64,000 bases of DNA. Source: Thermovirgaceae bacterium (lineage in GTDB: Bacteria; Synergistota; Synergistia; Synergistales; Thermovirgaceae). The number at the start of each line of letters is the position of its first letter. Position 1 is the stretch's first letter. Both the position numbers and the translations under genes were made by a program. Location of the stretch: the NCBI GenBank assembly GCA_040767805.1, contig JAXGNU010000007.1, positions 17,256 to 81,255 on the forward strand, given 5' to 3'. Positions 48,374 through 58,054 of the stretch are shown piece after piece. The notes below the pieces were generated by a model that was not told where the DNA came from, made no database searches, and saw only the letters and a program-made list of their open reading frames with translations.

Positions 48374-48595
48374 CGAACCGGCAGATTCAATATTCTAGCC
48401 AATATTCGTTTTTGCAACAATCTTCTACTTTGAGGAGCCTTAAACATCAACAAGGCTCGGTGACCCATGAGAGACCTTGGGGAAAGAGCCGCCTCCGCTG
48501 AGAGGGAAAGGAGGTGTTCCTTTCCAGCCCGGTAGCGATCCAAGGCCGTCTCTTCCGGAGGGCGTTTATTCTATTGAAAGGGGAGGAAAGTACCG

Positions 48596-51415
48596 ATGAC
48601 AAAAAATTACCTCGTAAAAACCCTCGTGATCAACGGGATCACCCAGAGGGTCGTCGCCAACCCCGAAGAAATGCTGGTCAATGTGATCAGGAAACAGCTT
48701 CACCTGACCGGCACAAAGTTAGGGTGCGGACAGGGGCAGTGCGGGGCGTGCAATGTCATCCTCGACGGCAAGGTCACCCGTTCCTGCGTGACGCCCTGGA
48801 AAAAAGTCCCCGAGAACGCGGAGATCCTTACCATTGAAGGCATCGGGACCCCTGACCACCTCCACGCTATTCAATGGGCCTTCATCGCCAGTGGCGCCAT
48901 CCAGTGCGGTTTCTGCACCCCGGGCTTCATCGTCGCCGCTAAGGGTCTTTTGGACAAAAACCTCAACCCCACAAGGGAAGAGGTGCGCGACTGGTTCCAG
49001 GCCCACTGGACAGCCTGCCGTTGCACCGGGTACAAGCAGATAACCGACGCTGTCATGGACGCTGCCGCCGTCCTCCGTGGTGAAAAGCCCATGACTGACT
49101 TTGCAAAGGCCCTCAAGCCGGGAGACTCGGTATGGGGGACCCGGTATCCCCGCCCCAGCGCGATCTTCAAGGCTACGGGGACCTTCGACTTCGGGGACGA
49201 CGCGGGACTCAAACTGCCTCCGGAGACCCTCCATGCCGTCCCGGTCTGCGTTGAGGCCAATCACGCGAAGGTACTCTCGATCGATCTCTCCGAAGCGGAG
49301 AAGATGCCCGGCGTATTCAAAGTCGTTACAGCCGCGGATATTAAGGCCAACAAGGGGACCAACCGCATCCGCGGGCAAGTTGGTTCAGGCACCGCGACCA
49401 CCGATGGGTGGGAAAGAAGAATCCTCGTGGAGGAAGGCGACAAGATCCGCCAGTGGGGGGAAGCGGTGGCCATAGTATGCGCCGATACGGAAGAGCAGGC
49501 CAGGGCGGCCGCCGCCGCAGTCAAGGTGGACCTGGAGCTGCTGCCCGCCGTGATGGATGTCAAGGAGGCCATGGCCCCGGGGGCTCCCAAAGTTTATGAG
49601 GAGATCCCCGACATTGACGGGATACCGAACTGCTTCAACAAACGCCCCGTGATCAAGGGGGAGGACCCGGCACCGTTGATCGACAAGGCACCCTTTGTGG
49701 TCGACGCCGAATTCTGGAGCTCAAGACAGCCCCACATGACCCTGGAAACGGACTGCGGTTTCGGTTACTGGGACGAAGAGGGCCGTCTTACTCTTCAGAC
49801 CAAGAGCATCTGCGTCTACCGGCACGCATTGATGATAGCCAGGGGACTGGGGGTTCCCCCTTCGAAGATAAGGGTCATCCAGAACAACATGGGAGCGACC
49901 TTCGGCTACAAGGTAGCGCCCACCAACGAACCCCTCCTCGGGGCCTGCGTAATAGCTACGGGCCGGCCGGTCTACATGAGGCTCAACATGAAGGAGCATA
50001 TCGTCAGGACGCCCAAGAGGTCGCCTTTCCTCATGAAGATCAGGATCGGCGCCGATGAAAAGGGCAAGCTGGTGGGCCTGGAGCACTACTGGTACGTTGA
50101 CCATGGGCCCTACTCGGAGTCAAGCCAGGACCTCACCAACAAGGGCGGCCAGTTCATCTGTGCCCCTTACCGTCTGGACAACATCAGGGGAGCGGGCTAC
50201 ACCTTTTTTACCAACCAGAAGTGGTGCGGCGCTTTCCGGGCTTATGGCGGTCCCCAGACCTATTTCGCGGGGGAACAGGTCATGGACATGCTCGCCGAGA
50301 AGGTGGGGATGGATCCCCTGGATTTCCGTGAGATCAACCTGATCCGTCCCGGTGACACCCTCCCCAGCGGTCAGAGACCGGAAGTATACCCTTTACAGGC
50401 CATGCTGACACGTATCCGGCCCCTCTACGAGGAGGCCAAAAAGCGGGCTGAACGGGACTCCACCGACACGGTAAAAAGAGCGGTCGGGGTATCCATCGGA
50501 ATATACAACGCCAACGACGACGGCGCCGATGAGGCCGCCAGCAATATAGAACTCACAAAAGATGGAGTGGTGCTCTACAACACCTGGGAGGACCATGGCC
50601 AGGGCGCTGATATGGGTTGCGTCGGGACGGCCCACGAGGCCCTGAGGCCCCTCGGGCTGCATCCTGACCAGATTAAACTGGTCTGCAACGATATGGCTAA
50701 GGCGCCCAACAGCGGAGCCGCCGCGGCGAGCCGATGCCAGGTCATGGTGGGCAACGCCATTGTAGACAGCTGCCGCAAACTCCTGGATGCCATGAGGAGA
50801 CCCGACGGAACGTATAGGACCTACGAGGAAATGGTCGACGAAGGGATCCCGACCTTCTACGAGGGCTACTGGCAGGCCACGGTCCGCAACATCGACGGAG
50901 AGGCCATCACCTGCACAGGCATGGATGATGTCACCGGGCAGGGGTACCCCTTCGCCAACCACATGTTCGGCCTCTTCATGGCCGAGGTCGCCGTGGACAT
51001 GAAGACGGGCAAGACCACGGTGGAAAGGTTCACTCTTGTCAGTGACGTGGGCAAGATAAACAACTTCGACGTGGTAGAAGGACAGCACTACGGGGGGATT
51101 GCCCAGGGCATCGGCCTCGCTCTTACGGAAGATTTCGGCGACCCGGCGAAGTACACCAACCTGGTCACCTGCGGTTTCCCCTATATCAAGGATATTCCCG
51201 ACGATATCAGGCTCCACCACATGGAAACACCCAGGGAGTTCGGGCCCTTCGGCGCTTCGGGGACGGGAGAGATGCCCCTTTCCGCGCCGCACCCGGCGAT
51301 ACTGAACGGCATAGCCAGGGCCTGCGGGGTGAGGATTTTCCAGATACCGGCCCTCCCCGAGAAGGTCCTTCAGGGCATGAAGGAGGACGGTTGTTCGGGC
51401 AGCTGCAGTCATTAG
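48596..51415 (+). CDS. Mop-type molybdopterin aldehyde oxidoreductase, paralog 2
   Basis: Same motif set as paralog 1: GCGQGQCGAC, QCGFCTPG, AFRAYGGPQ, GASGTGEMP. Confidence 0.93.
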   Translation: MTKNYLVKTLVINGITQRVVANPEEMLVNVIRKQLHLTGTKLGCGQGQCGACNVILDGKVTRSCVTPWKKVPENAEILTIEGIGTPDHLHAIQWAFIASGAIQCGFCTPGFIVAAKGLLDKNLNPTREEVRDWFQAHWTACRCTGYKQITDAVMDAAAVLRGEKPMTDFAKALKPGDSVWGTRYPRPSAIFKATGTFDFGDDAGLKLPPETLHAVPVCVEANHAKVLSIDLSEAEKMPGVFKVVTAADIKANKGTNRIRGQVGSGTATTDGWERRILVEEGDKIRQWGEAVAIVCADTEEQARAAAAAVKVDLELLPAVMDVKEAMAPGAPKVYEEIPDIDGIPNCFNKRPVIKGEDPAPLIDKAPFVVDAEFWSSRQPHMTLETDCGFGYWDEEGRLTLQTKSICVYRHALMIARGLGVPPSKIRVIQNNMGATFGYKVAPTNEPLLGACVIATGRPVYMRLNMKEHIVRTPKRSPFLMKIRIGADEKGKLVGLEHYWYVDHGPYSESSQDLTNKGGQFICAPYRLDNIRGAGYTFFTNQKWCGAFRAYGGPQTYFAGEQVMDMLAEKVGMDPLDFREINLIRPGDTLPSGQRPEVYPLQAMLTRIRPLYEEAKKRAERDSTDTVKRAVGVSIGIYNANDDGADEAASNIELTKDGVVLYNTWEDHGQGADMGCVGTAHEALRPLGLHPDQIKLVCNDMAKAPNSGAAAASRCQVMVGNAIVDSCRKLLDAMRRPDGTYRTYEEMVDEGIPTFYEGYWQATVRNIDGEAITCTGMDDVTGQGYPFANHMFGLFMAEVAVDMKTGKTTVERFTLVSDVGKINNFDVVEGQHYGGIAQGIGLALTEDFGDPAKYTNLVTCGFPYIKDIPDDIRLHHMETPREFGPFGASGTGEMPLSAPHPAILNGIARACGVRIFQIPALPEKVLQGMKEDGCSGSCSH

Positions 51416-51465
51416 AGAACCCGACCAGGGGAGCTGCGGGAAATTACGCGAGGAGGTGCAAAGGG

Positions 51466-51903
51466 ATGGAAGTCGTCTATACCGGGAAGATCGAAGACCT
51501 GGAACTCTTCGATGCATCCTCCTTGGCTCCTGAAGTGACGAAGCGGGTCATTTTCGGCCCGGGCAAATTCTGGAATGACTATACGATGAGGCATTTCTCA
51601 TTGCCCGCCGTCACGGTGATCCCCGATCATCTTCATGACTGGCCCCATTACATGATCGGTCTGAGCGGTACGGGTTTCGTGACCATCGAAGGGAAAGCCT
51701 GGGAGATCCCCCCCATGGGTTGGGCCCATGTGCCTGGAGGGATGGTACACGGTTACGAAAACCCCGGTCCTGAACCCTTCGTCTTCCTTTGTATCGTTCC
51801 AACCGAGGGGGATCCGCACATGAAACTCAAACGATTCCGCATGGAGCGCTCTAAACGTAAGGTTTCAAAGAGAGGTCAGCATACTTCCACAAGCCAGGAA
51901 TAA
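51466..51903 (+). CDS. cupin domain protein
   Basis: P.H.H.W.H, G.G...I.G, VP....HGY.N, F.C.VP. AGGAGG SD. Confidence 0.85.
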   Translation: MEVVYTGKIEDLELFDASSLAPEVTKRVIFGPGKFWNDYTMRHFSLPAVTVIPDHLHDWPHYMIGLSGTGFVTIEGKAWEIPPMGWAHVPGGMVHGYENPGPEPFVFLCIVPTEGDPHMKLKRFRMERSKRKVSKRGQHTSTSQE

Positions 51904-51956
51904 AGGGAGATAGGCCGCCCGTTCTTCCCGCGGGCGGCATATTTCAGGCGAATGAA

Positions 51957-51971
51957 TGCAACAGTGTTGCA
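51957..51971. promoter_or_regulatory. palindromic operator TGCAAC-N3-GTTGCA abutting the SD of the Fur-family gene
   Basis: Perfect 6-3-6 inverted repeat immediately before AAGGAGG. Confidence 0.65.
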
Positions 51972-51986
51972 AGGAGGTCGAATAAA

Positions 51987-52424
51987 GTGAAAGCCTTGGA
52001 AATCCTGGAAAGCGCGGCAATCCGGACGACGCCGGCCAGGATGGCGATCCTCGAGGTACTTCTCAAAGAGAAGTGCCCCCTGTCGTACAGGGAGGTGGCG
52101 GAACGGCTTCCCGGGGAACAGGACCGGGTAACCCTGTACAGGACGCTTTCGCTGTTCCTTAAAAAGGAGATCGTTCACCGGGTCATGGATATGAAGGGGA
52201 CATGGCGGTTTTGCGCCCATGACCCCAACCTCCCCGGGTGCCCGGGGGACCATCCTCATTTCGCCTGCCAGGTCTGTGGAAGGATGGAGTGCCTCATGGA
52301 TCATTCCTTGCCTTACCTCGATGTGGAGCCGGGGGCTGTCGTTGAAGGAAAGCACATGGTCGTGTACGGGATATGCAGGAAATGTGCCAAAAAGAACACC
52401 AACGGGGAGGTCGAGTCCTTATGA
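51987..52424 (+). CDS. Fur family transcriptional regulator
   Basis: T..R..IL, VTLYRTL, H.HF.C..CG...C, G.C..C. Confidence 0.9.
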   Translation: MKALEILESAAIRTTPARMAILEVLLKEKCPLSYREVAERLPGEQDRVTLYRTLSLFLKKEIVHRVMDMKGTWRFCAHDPNLPGCPGDHPHFACQVCGRMECLMDHSLPYLDVEPGAVVEGKHMVVYGICRKCAKKNTNGEVESL

Positions 52425-53170
52425 GAAAAAAGAAGCCAAAATTCGCCTGGTTGTGGGCGGGGATATTCAGTTTATCAATCCTCTGTCCAGTGGCCCCGGT
52501 CCGCGCTCATGCCGAGGTCTTTGCCGCCGCGGCAAGCCTTCAACCCGTCCTGGAGAAGATCGCCGATCAGTATAAAAAGGAGAAGGGCGTGACTTTGGAC
52601 GGGGTTTTCGGCGCGTCGGGGCAACTGGCTAGACAAATAGAGATGGGGGCGCCCTACGACCTGTTCTTGAGCGCCGACGAGAGATGGGCCCGCTATCTTG
52701 AAGATAAGGAGAAACTGGAAAAGGTCAAACCGGTGGCGGAGTGTCCCCTGGTCCTCTGGTGGAGTTCGGACGAGGCCCCACCCCTTGATATCGTAAAGGG
52801 CGAGAAGATCAGGGTGGCGATCGCCGATCCCGACGTGGCTCCTTTCGGGGCCCTCGCCAAGGAGCACCTCGAGAAGGTGGGTAAATATGAGAGCCTAAAT
52901 GCGGGAGGACGCCTTGTCATAGCGGGCGATGTCCTCCAGGCGGCCCTTGCCGTCGGGAGCGGCGGCGCCGACGCGGCCTTTATCCCTCTCAGCATCGCCA
53001 TAAAACAGAAAGGCTCCTGGACGAAGGTCCCCATGCCGCCCCAGCGTCTTTTCGGGGGGATTGTGAAAGACCGGCAGGCCTTGGAGGCGACAGCTTTCTA
53101 TGATCATCTCTTTTCACCGGCGGCGGCGGAGGTGTTTCGGGAAGCAGGTTTTGAACCCGTCCGTGATTGA
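52421..53170 (+). CDS. modA: molybdate ABC substrate-binding protein (second system)
   Basis: AAASL, GASGQLARQI..GAPYDLFLSAD, A.P..APFG. Confidence 0.9.
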   Translation: MRKKKPKFAWLWAGIFSLSILCPVAPVRAHAEVFAAAASLQPVLEKIADQYKKEKGVTLDGVFGASGQLARQIEMGAPYDLFLSADERWARYLEDKEKLEKVKPVAECPLVLWWSSDEAPPLDIVKGEKIRVAIADPDVAPFGALAKEHLEKVGKYESLNAGGRLVIAGDVLQAALAVGSGGADAAFIPLSIAIKQKGSWTKVPMPPQRLFGGIVKDRQALEATAFYDHLFSPAAAEVFREAGFEPVRD

Positions 53171-53182
53171 CCCGGAGGAATT

Positions 53183-53827
53183 ATGGCGCAGGCTCTCATG
53201 ATCAGCCTTAAGGTCCTGGCCATTGATATGCCGTTACTGACCCTACTCGGTGGAACGGTCGGGTGGCTCCTGGCAAAAAGGGACTTCAGGGGCCGGGCGC
53301 TGGTGTCACTTCTTGTCCAGCTCCCGATCATCCTCCCTCCCTCGGTGCTGGGACTCTATCTTCTTTTAGTCCTGGGGCGGTTCAGCTTTTTCAGGGAGGC
53401 CGGGTTACTCTTCGCCTTTCCCGCCGCTGTCCTGGGGGCGCTCATCCCTTCACTGCCGATCATGATACAGGCCTCGAGGGCCGCCTTTGCCGGTGTTGAC
53501 AGTGAACTGGAGGAGGCCGCACTGACCCTCGGCAGAAGGCCCTGGGAGGTTTTCCTTGGCGTGACCCTTCCCCTTGCCAGGAGGACCCTGTTGGTGGGGT
53601 TAGCCCTCTCTTCGGCCAGGGCGCTGGGCGATTTCGGCGTCACCCTGATGGTGGCGGGGAATATACCGGGCAGGACCCAGACGCTACCGCTTTATATTTA
53701 CGGACAGGTGGGATCGCTGAATTTCGCCAGGGCCCACCTGGCTGCCCTTCTCCTGGTAGGGGTCGGCATCGCCAGCCTCTGCCTTGTACGGATGCTGGAG
53801 GCCGGAGCCCATGAACGCCTTGCTTGA
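53183..53827 (+). CDS. modB: molybdate ABC permease (second system)
   Basis: LPIILPPSVLG, EEAALTLG, ARALGDFG.T.MVAGNIPGRTQTLP. Confidence 0.92.
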   Translation: MAQALMISLKVLAIDMPLLTLLGGTVGWLLAKRDFRGRALVSLLVQLPIILPPSVLGLYLLLVLGRFSFFREAGLLFAFPAAVLGALIPSLPIMIQASRAAFAGVDSELEEAALTLGRRPWEVFLGVTLPLARRTLLVGLALSSARALGDFGVTLMVAGNIPGRTQTLPLYIYGQVGSLNFARAHLAALLLVGVGIASLCLVRMLEAGAHERLA

Positions 53828-54944
53828 CGCCCAGGTGAAGGTTGCGATAGGCGATTTCCAGCTCGATGTTTCCCTGAAGCTGGGCCGGGAGATAGGCGTC
53901 CTTTTCGGCCCCAGCGGTTCGGGTAAGAGCGTTACGTTGCGGTGCCTGGCGGGGTTACGAAAGGTCCCTTCGGGCCGGATCACCTTGTCGGGACGAGTTC
54001 TGCTGGATTCGCCGTCGGGCGTCTGTGAACCGCCGCACCGGCGGAAAATGGGTCTTCTGTTCCAGGACCTGGCCCTTTTTCCCCATATGACAGCCCTGGA
54101 GAACGTCCTTTTCGGGTGCGGGAGAAGAGAAAAGGGGAAAGCGGTGTCCATCGCGCGGGATTGGCTCGCCCGGGTGCGCCTGGGACCCCTGGAAGACCGG
54201 TACCCCTCCCAGCTCTCGGGGGGACAGAGGCAAAGGGTGGCCCTGGCGAGAGCCCTAGCCAACGAGCCCGATCTGTTGATGCTCGATGAACCCTTCAGCG
54301 CCCTGGACGGCCCTTTGAGGCGGAACCTTAGAAGGGAATTGCGCGAACTCCATGCCGAGACGGGGGTCCCCATTCTTTACGTGACGCACCAGGTGGAGGA
54401 TATCTGTGCCCTCGGCGATAGGGTTTTCTTCATCGAGAAGGGGAAATTGGCAGGTTCGAACCTAGTCGAGGATCTCCTCAGGGGCAATGGGCGGGTCAAC
54501 CTCTGGAGGATGATGGGCTGGGGAAATATTTTCGAAGGCGACGTTCGACGGAACAATGAAGGGTCAACTGTCTTCCGCTGGGCTTCCGGTGAGCTGGCCC
54601 TGAAGGAGGCGACCCTGTCGGGCGCGGCTATCGCCTTTGTAAGGCCCGACAGGATCAGGTTCCTTGACCCACGCCTGCCCGTCGATGAGGAACTATCGAA
54701 GAACACCTTTTCGGGAAGAGTGGAGGAGTTGCTGCTGGATGGAGGGATCCTTCGGCTGCATGTCAGGTCGGACCGGGGTCACTGGCAGATAGAGCAGAAG
54801 GAAGGGATATCGCCGGCAGAATTTTTCCAGCTGGAGAAAGAGGTGCGTTTCGCCGTCCCGCCCGGGGCGGTGGAACTGATCTTCACAGGAGAGATGAAGG
54901 AGGAAGAGAAACTTGGATCGAGCTTTGTTGAAATCAGTGCATGA
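53811..54944 (+). CDS. modC: molybdate ABC ATPase (second system)
   Basis: GPSGSGKS, LSGGQRQR, LDEPFSALD, YVTH. Confidence 0.9.
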   Translation: MNALLDAQVKVAIGDFQLDVSLKLGREIGVLFGPSGSGKSVTLRCLAGLRKVPSGRITLSGRVLLDSPSGVCEPPHRRKMGLLFQDLALFPHMTALENVLFGCGRREKGKAVSIARDWLARVRLGPLEDRYPSQLSGGQRQRVALARALANEPDLLMLDEPFSALDGPLRRNLRRELRELHAETGVPILYVTHQVEDICALGDRVFFIEKGKLAGSNLVEDLLRGNGRVNLWRMMGWGNIFEGDVRRNNEGSTVFRWASGELALKEATLSGAAIAFVRPDRIRFLDPRLPVDEELSKNTFSGRVEELLLDGGILRLHVRSDRGHWQIEQKEGISPAEFFQLEKEVRFAVPPGAVELIFTGEMKEEEKLGSSFVEISA

Positions 54945-55776
54945 AGAACTGCAATCGGGCGGGTCCGGAGCACTTTGTACGGTAGTCGGTTCTGACGGGT
55001 CGACCCCTCGTGATCTCGGCGCCTCCATGTGGGTTCGCGTGGACGGGTCCATATTAGGGACCGTGGGTGGGGGCCCGCTCGAATACGCTGTCATAAATAA
55101 GGCGCTCGAGACCCTCCGGTCGGGTTCGGGGCCCATCCTCCACAAGGCGGTGCTCCGGATCGATGAGGACGGAGGTGAAGCTGTCTGCGGCGGCGAGTCG
55201 GTCGTCCTGATAGAGCCCCTCGGCAGGGAGGCGGAGGTGGTGGTCTTCGGTGCAGGACATGTGGGCAAAGCGGTCGCCAGGGCAGCCTATTACGCAGGAT
55301 TCCGGGTCATCGTCTGGGACGAAAGGGCGGAGTTTTCCAACCCTGAAGCCATTCCCTGGGGAAAAACGGTAACCTGCCCCCTGGAAAAGGCCTTTGCTAA
55401 CGGTGTGAAGCTCCATGGGTCCTCCTACGTCGTGGTGGCGACCAGGGATCACGCGCTGGATGCTGAAGTAATCCGCCTGCTGGAGGGCGGACCCATGGCC
55501 TACCTCGGAATGATAGGGTCAAGGAAGAAGATCGCCCACGAAAGGGAAATACTTTTTAAGCGCGGAGTCTCCAGGGAGTACCTCGACAGTATCTTCACGC
55601 CGGTGGGGCTGCCTGTCCATGCAGAGACCCCCGAAGAGATAGCCGTCTCGATCCTGGCCGAGATGATCGCGGTCCATAGGGGAGCGGATATAGCAAGGTT
55701 GAGAAGCCCCTATGCAAAACAAGCAGGACCCTTTTTCCCGGATCTTCCTGTAGACCTTAACGGAAAAGAGGGGTAG
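54913..55776 (+). CDS. XdhC/CoxI family Moco chaperone
   Basis: GSTPR..GA.M, GTVGGG..E, CGG, FGAGHVG, TR.H..D, YLGMIGSR.K, P.GL...AETPEEIAVSI.AE. Confidence 0.92.
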   Translation: MDRALLKSVHEELQSGGSGALCTVVGSDGSTPRDLGASMWVRVDGSILGTVGGGPLEYAVINKALETLRSGSGPILHKAVLRIDEDGGEAVCGGESVVLIEPLGREAEVVVFGAGHVGKAVARAAYYAGFRVIVWDERAEFSNPEAIPWGKTVTCPLEKAFANGVKLHGSSYVVVATRDHALDAEVIRLLEGGPMAYLGMIGSRKKIAHEREILFKRGVSREYLDSIFTPVGLPVHAETPEEIAVSILAEMIAVHRGADIARLRSPYAKQAGPFFPDLPVDLNGKEG

Positions 55777-55778
55777 CC

Positions 55779-56801
55779 ATGTTCCTTACGACGATCCCCA
55801 TAGAGGAAGCCCTTGGACGTCCCCTGGCTCATGATCTCACAAAGATTGACGCCGAAAAAGGGATCAAGGGAGCGATTTTCAGAAGAGGTCATATCCTTCA
55901 GCCCGAAGACCTTCCCGTGCTCAGAGAGATGGGACGGAGGAATCTTTCAATTATTTGTCTCGGTCCTGACGAGGTGCACGAGGACGACGCAGCGTTGAGC
56001 CTGGCGGCAGCCCTGGCCGGAGAGGGGTTCGAGATCTCAGGGCCCGAGGAGGGAAGATGCCGGCTGGTGTCGACGGGCAGGGGCATTGTCCATTTCGACC
56101 CCGAGTTGATCCGGAGGATAAACAAGGACCGCGAATGGTCCCTGGCCTGCGTAAACTGTAACTCCGTCGTGGGGTACGGTAGCGTTGCAGCCGCTTTCAG
56201 GATCCTTCCCCTGTTCCTGAAAAAAGGATCCCTCGACCGGGCCGTCGAGGCCGCCTCGCCCTTTAGGCTTATACCTTTTTCCCACCGAAGGGTCGGTCTT
56301 ATTTCTACAGGCCAGGAGATCCTGGAGGGCCTGGTAAAGGATTCGTTCCGCGAAAAACTGGATAGGAAGCTCCGGGAGCTTGGGGGAAGTTTCTGCGGTC
56401 AAAGGATCTGCGGGGATCGATCCGAGGACATCGCCAACGCGATCGGAGAACTACTCAAGGCGGGGGCCGACATCGTTATCTGCACGGGGGGGATGAGCAT
56501 CGATGCCGATGACAGGACCCCCCAGGCGATAGGAGCCATCTCCGATGAAGTCCTCTTCCGTGGTGTCCCCATGATCCCGGGGTCGAACCTGATGCTGGCC
56601 CGAAAGGGCCGTTCCTGGATAGTGGGCGCCCCGGCATGCGTGGCCCACGATGAGCGTACTTCCCTGGACCGTTTGCTGATAGCCCTTTTTGCCGGAATAG
56701 GGGAAAAGATCGAACCCTCCCTGTGGGGTGAGGGGGGTCTCTGTAGAAGGTGCAGGACTTGCATATTCCCTGAATGCGATTTCGCCAGGATCCCGTTCTG
56801 A
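55779..56801 (+). CDS. MoeA-like molybdopterin-binding protein with C-terminal Cys cluster
   Basis: LAHDLT.I, HEDDAA, TG.E, TGGMS.D.DD.TP, P..PG, GGLC..C..C.FP.C.F. Confidence 0.85.
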   Translation: MFLTTIPIEEALGRPLAHDLTKIDAEKGIKGAIFRRGHILQPEDLPVLREMGRRNLSIICLGPDEVHEDDAALSLAAALAGEGFEISGPEEGRCRLVSTGRGIVHFDPELIRRINKDREWSLACVNCNSVVGYGSVAAAFRILPLFLKKGSLDRAVEAASPFRLIPFSHRRVGLISTGQEILEGLVKDSFREKLDRKLRELGGSFCGQRICGDRSEDIANAIGELLKAGADIVICTGGMSIDADDRTPQAIGAISDEVLFRGVPMIPGSNLMLARKGRSWIVGAPACVAHDERTSLDRLLIALFAGIGEKIEPSLWGEGGLCRRCRTCIFPECDFARIPF

Positions 56802-56813
56802 AAGAAGGTATCC

Positions 56814-57500
56814 TCAGATGATCAGCCTGTACAGTTTCACGGGGCGACCGACGTTGCTTATATCGTATTCGATGGCCACTTGCCCGCTATCGGCCAGGTA
56901 TTCAAGGTATCGCCTTGCCGTCGATCGGGATATACCCACGCGGCACCCAGCCGTTGAAGCCGACAGGGCCTTGTTTTCCTGACTTTCCAGACAGGCCCGT
57001 AGCCGTTCCAGCAGTTTCACCTGTATGCCTTTAGGGTATTCTTCAAAACCGCAGGAGAACCTTCCTCTCAAGCCGGTGATCAGGTCCAGGTCCTTCTGGC
57101 GCCAGGGGTTGGTCCTTTGGGTCAGGCCCTGGTGATATTGGTAGTACGCCGCCAGCGCACGTTCGAGCCGTTCCGTTGAGAACGGTTTGATCAGGTAGTC
57201 GAAGACACCCAGGCAGATGCACCCGCGTACGACATCAGGATCATCACCGCTGGAGAGGATAAGCCAATCAATGCGGGGGTACCTTATCCTGGCTTGCCTG
57301 AGAGATTCCACGCCGCTCCAACCGGCGAGGAAGATGTCCAGGAGGACCAGGTGGGCATTATTCCGCCGGAGGCAATCCTCCAGTTCGCTCCCGCTGGTGA
57401 CGGTCTCCTTGAGACGGAGGTTCTGGGCTCTGGAAAGAGCCACAGCGTACTGACTCTGGAGCTCCAGTGAGCTGTCGGCGATAACGCAGGATAGGATCAT
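56814..57500 (-). CDS. CitB/DcuR-like response regulator (no kinase in window)
   Basis: LVLLDI, GVFDYLIKPF, Q..LD, PKGI, S.STARRYLEYL, GRP...Y. Confidence 0.85.
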   Translation of the reverse strand: MILSCVIADSSLELQSQYAVALSRAQNLRLKETVTSGSELEDCLRRNNAHLVLLDIFLAGWSGVESLRQARIRYPRIDWLILSSGDDPDVVRGCICLGVFDYLIKPFSTERLERALAAYYQYHQGLTQRTNPWRQKDLDLITGLRGRFSCGFEEYPKGIQVKLLERLRACLESQENKALSASTAGCRVGISRSTARRYLEYLADSGQVAIEYDISNVGRPVKLYRLII

Positions 57501-58054
57501 CGGGTCGTGTTCCCCGTGTTGAAGCAAAGGTGGCCCGATGCCATGAAGAGAGAGCACCTTGACAGTGCGCAATGCAATACCCCTGTTCCTCCTTTCCAAA
57601 AGGGAGGCCTAGCCGTTTCCAGCTAAACCCTATCGTCCGGCTCCCATAGGTGTTCACCGCCGTTAGGAGGGCCGGCTCGGAGAAACGCTTTTAAATAGTA
57701 TAGTCAGTATAACATAACCCCTCCTTTGCCCGGGTCAGGAAGGGTTTTCAGTTTTCCTCACTCTCCAATGTCAAGGAGGAGTAGCCGAAGACAGGGCCGT
57801 ATCCCTTAAAGAGGGTCGCAAAAAGGATGCCTTACCGCGCCCTCCCGGAATGGATTTCCTAAAAAGGATCGACCCTTTAAGAAAGACCCGTAACGGGGTA
57901 TCGAAAATGATAATGATGTGTCATGATGATCGGACAGCTTGGCCGATCAATGAAAAGAACCGGGGTGAGACCGACGGAAACCGCCACCGCCCCAGCGTCC
58001 CATTGACCGGTTATTACCATGCCAATCAGGCTGATTCAAAGGGAGGATGGGACA

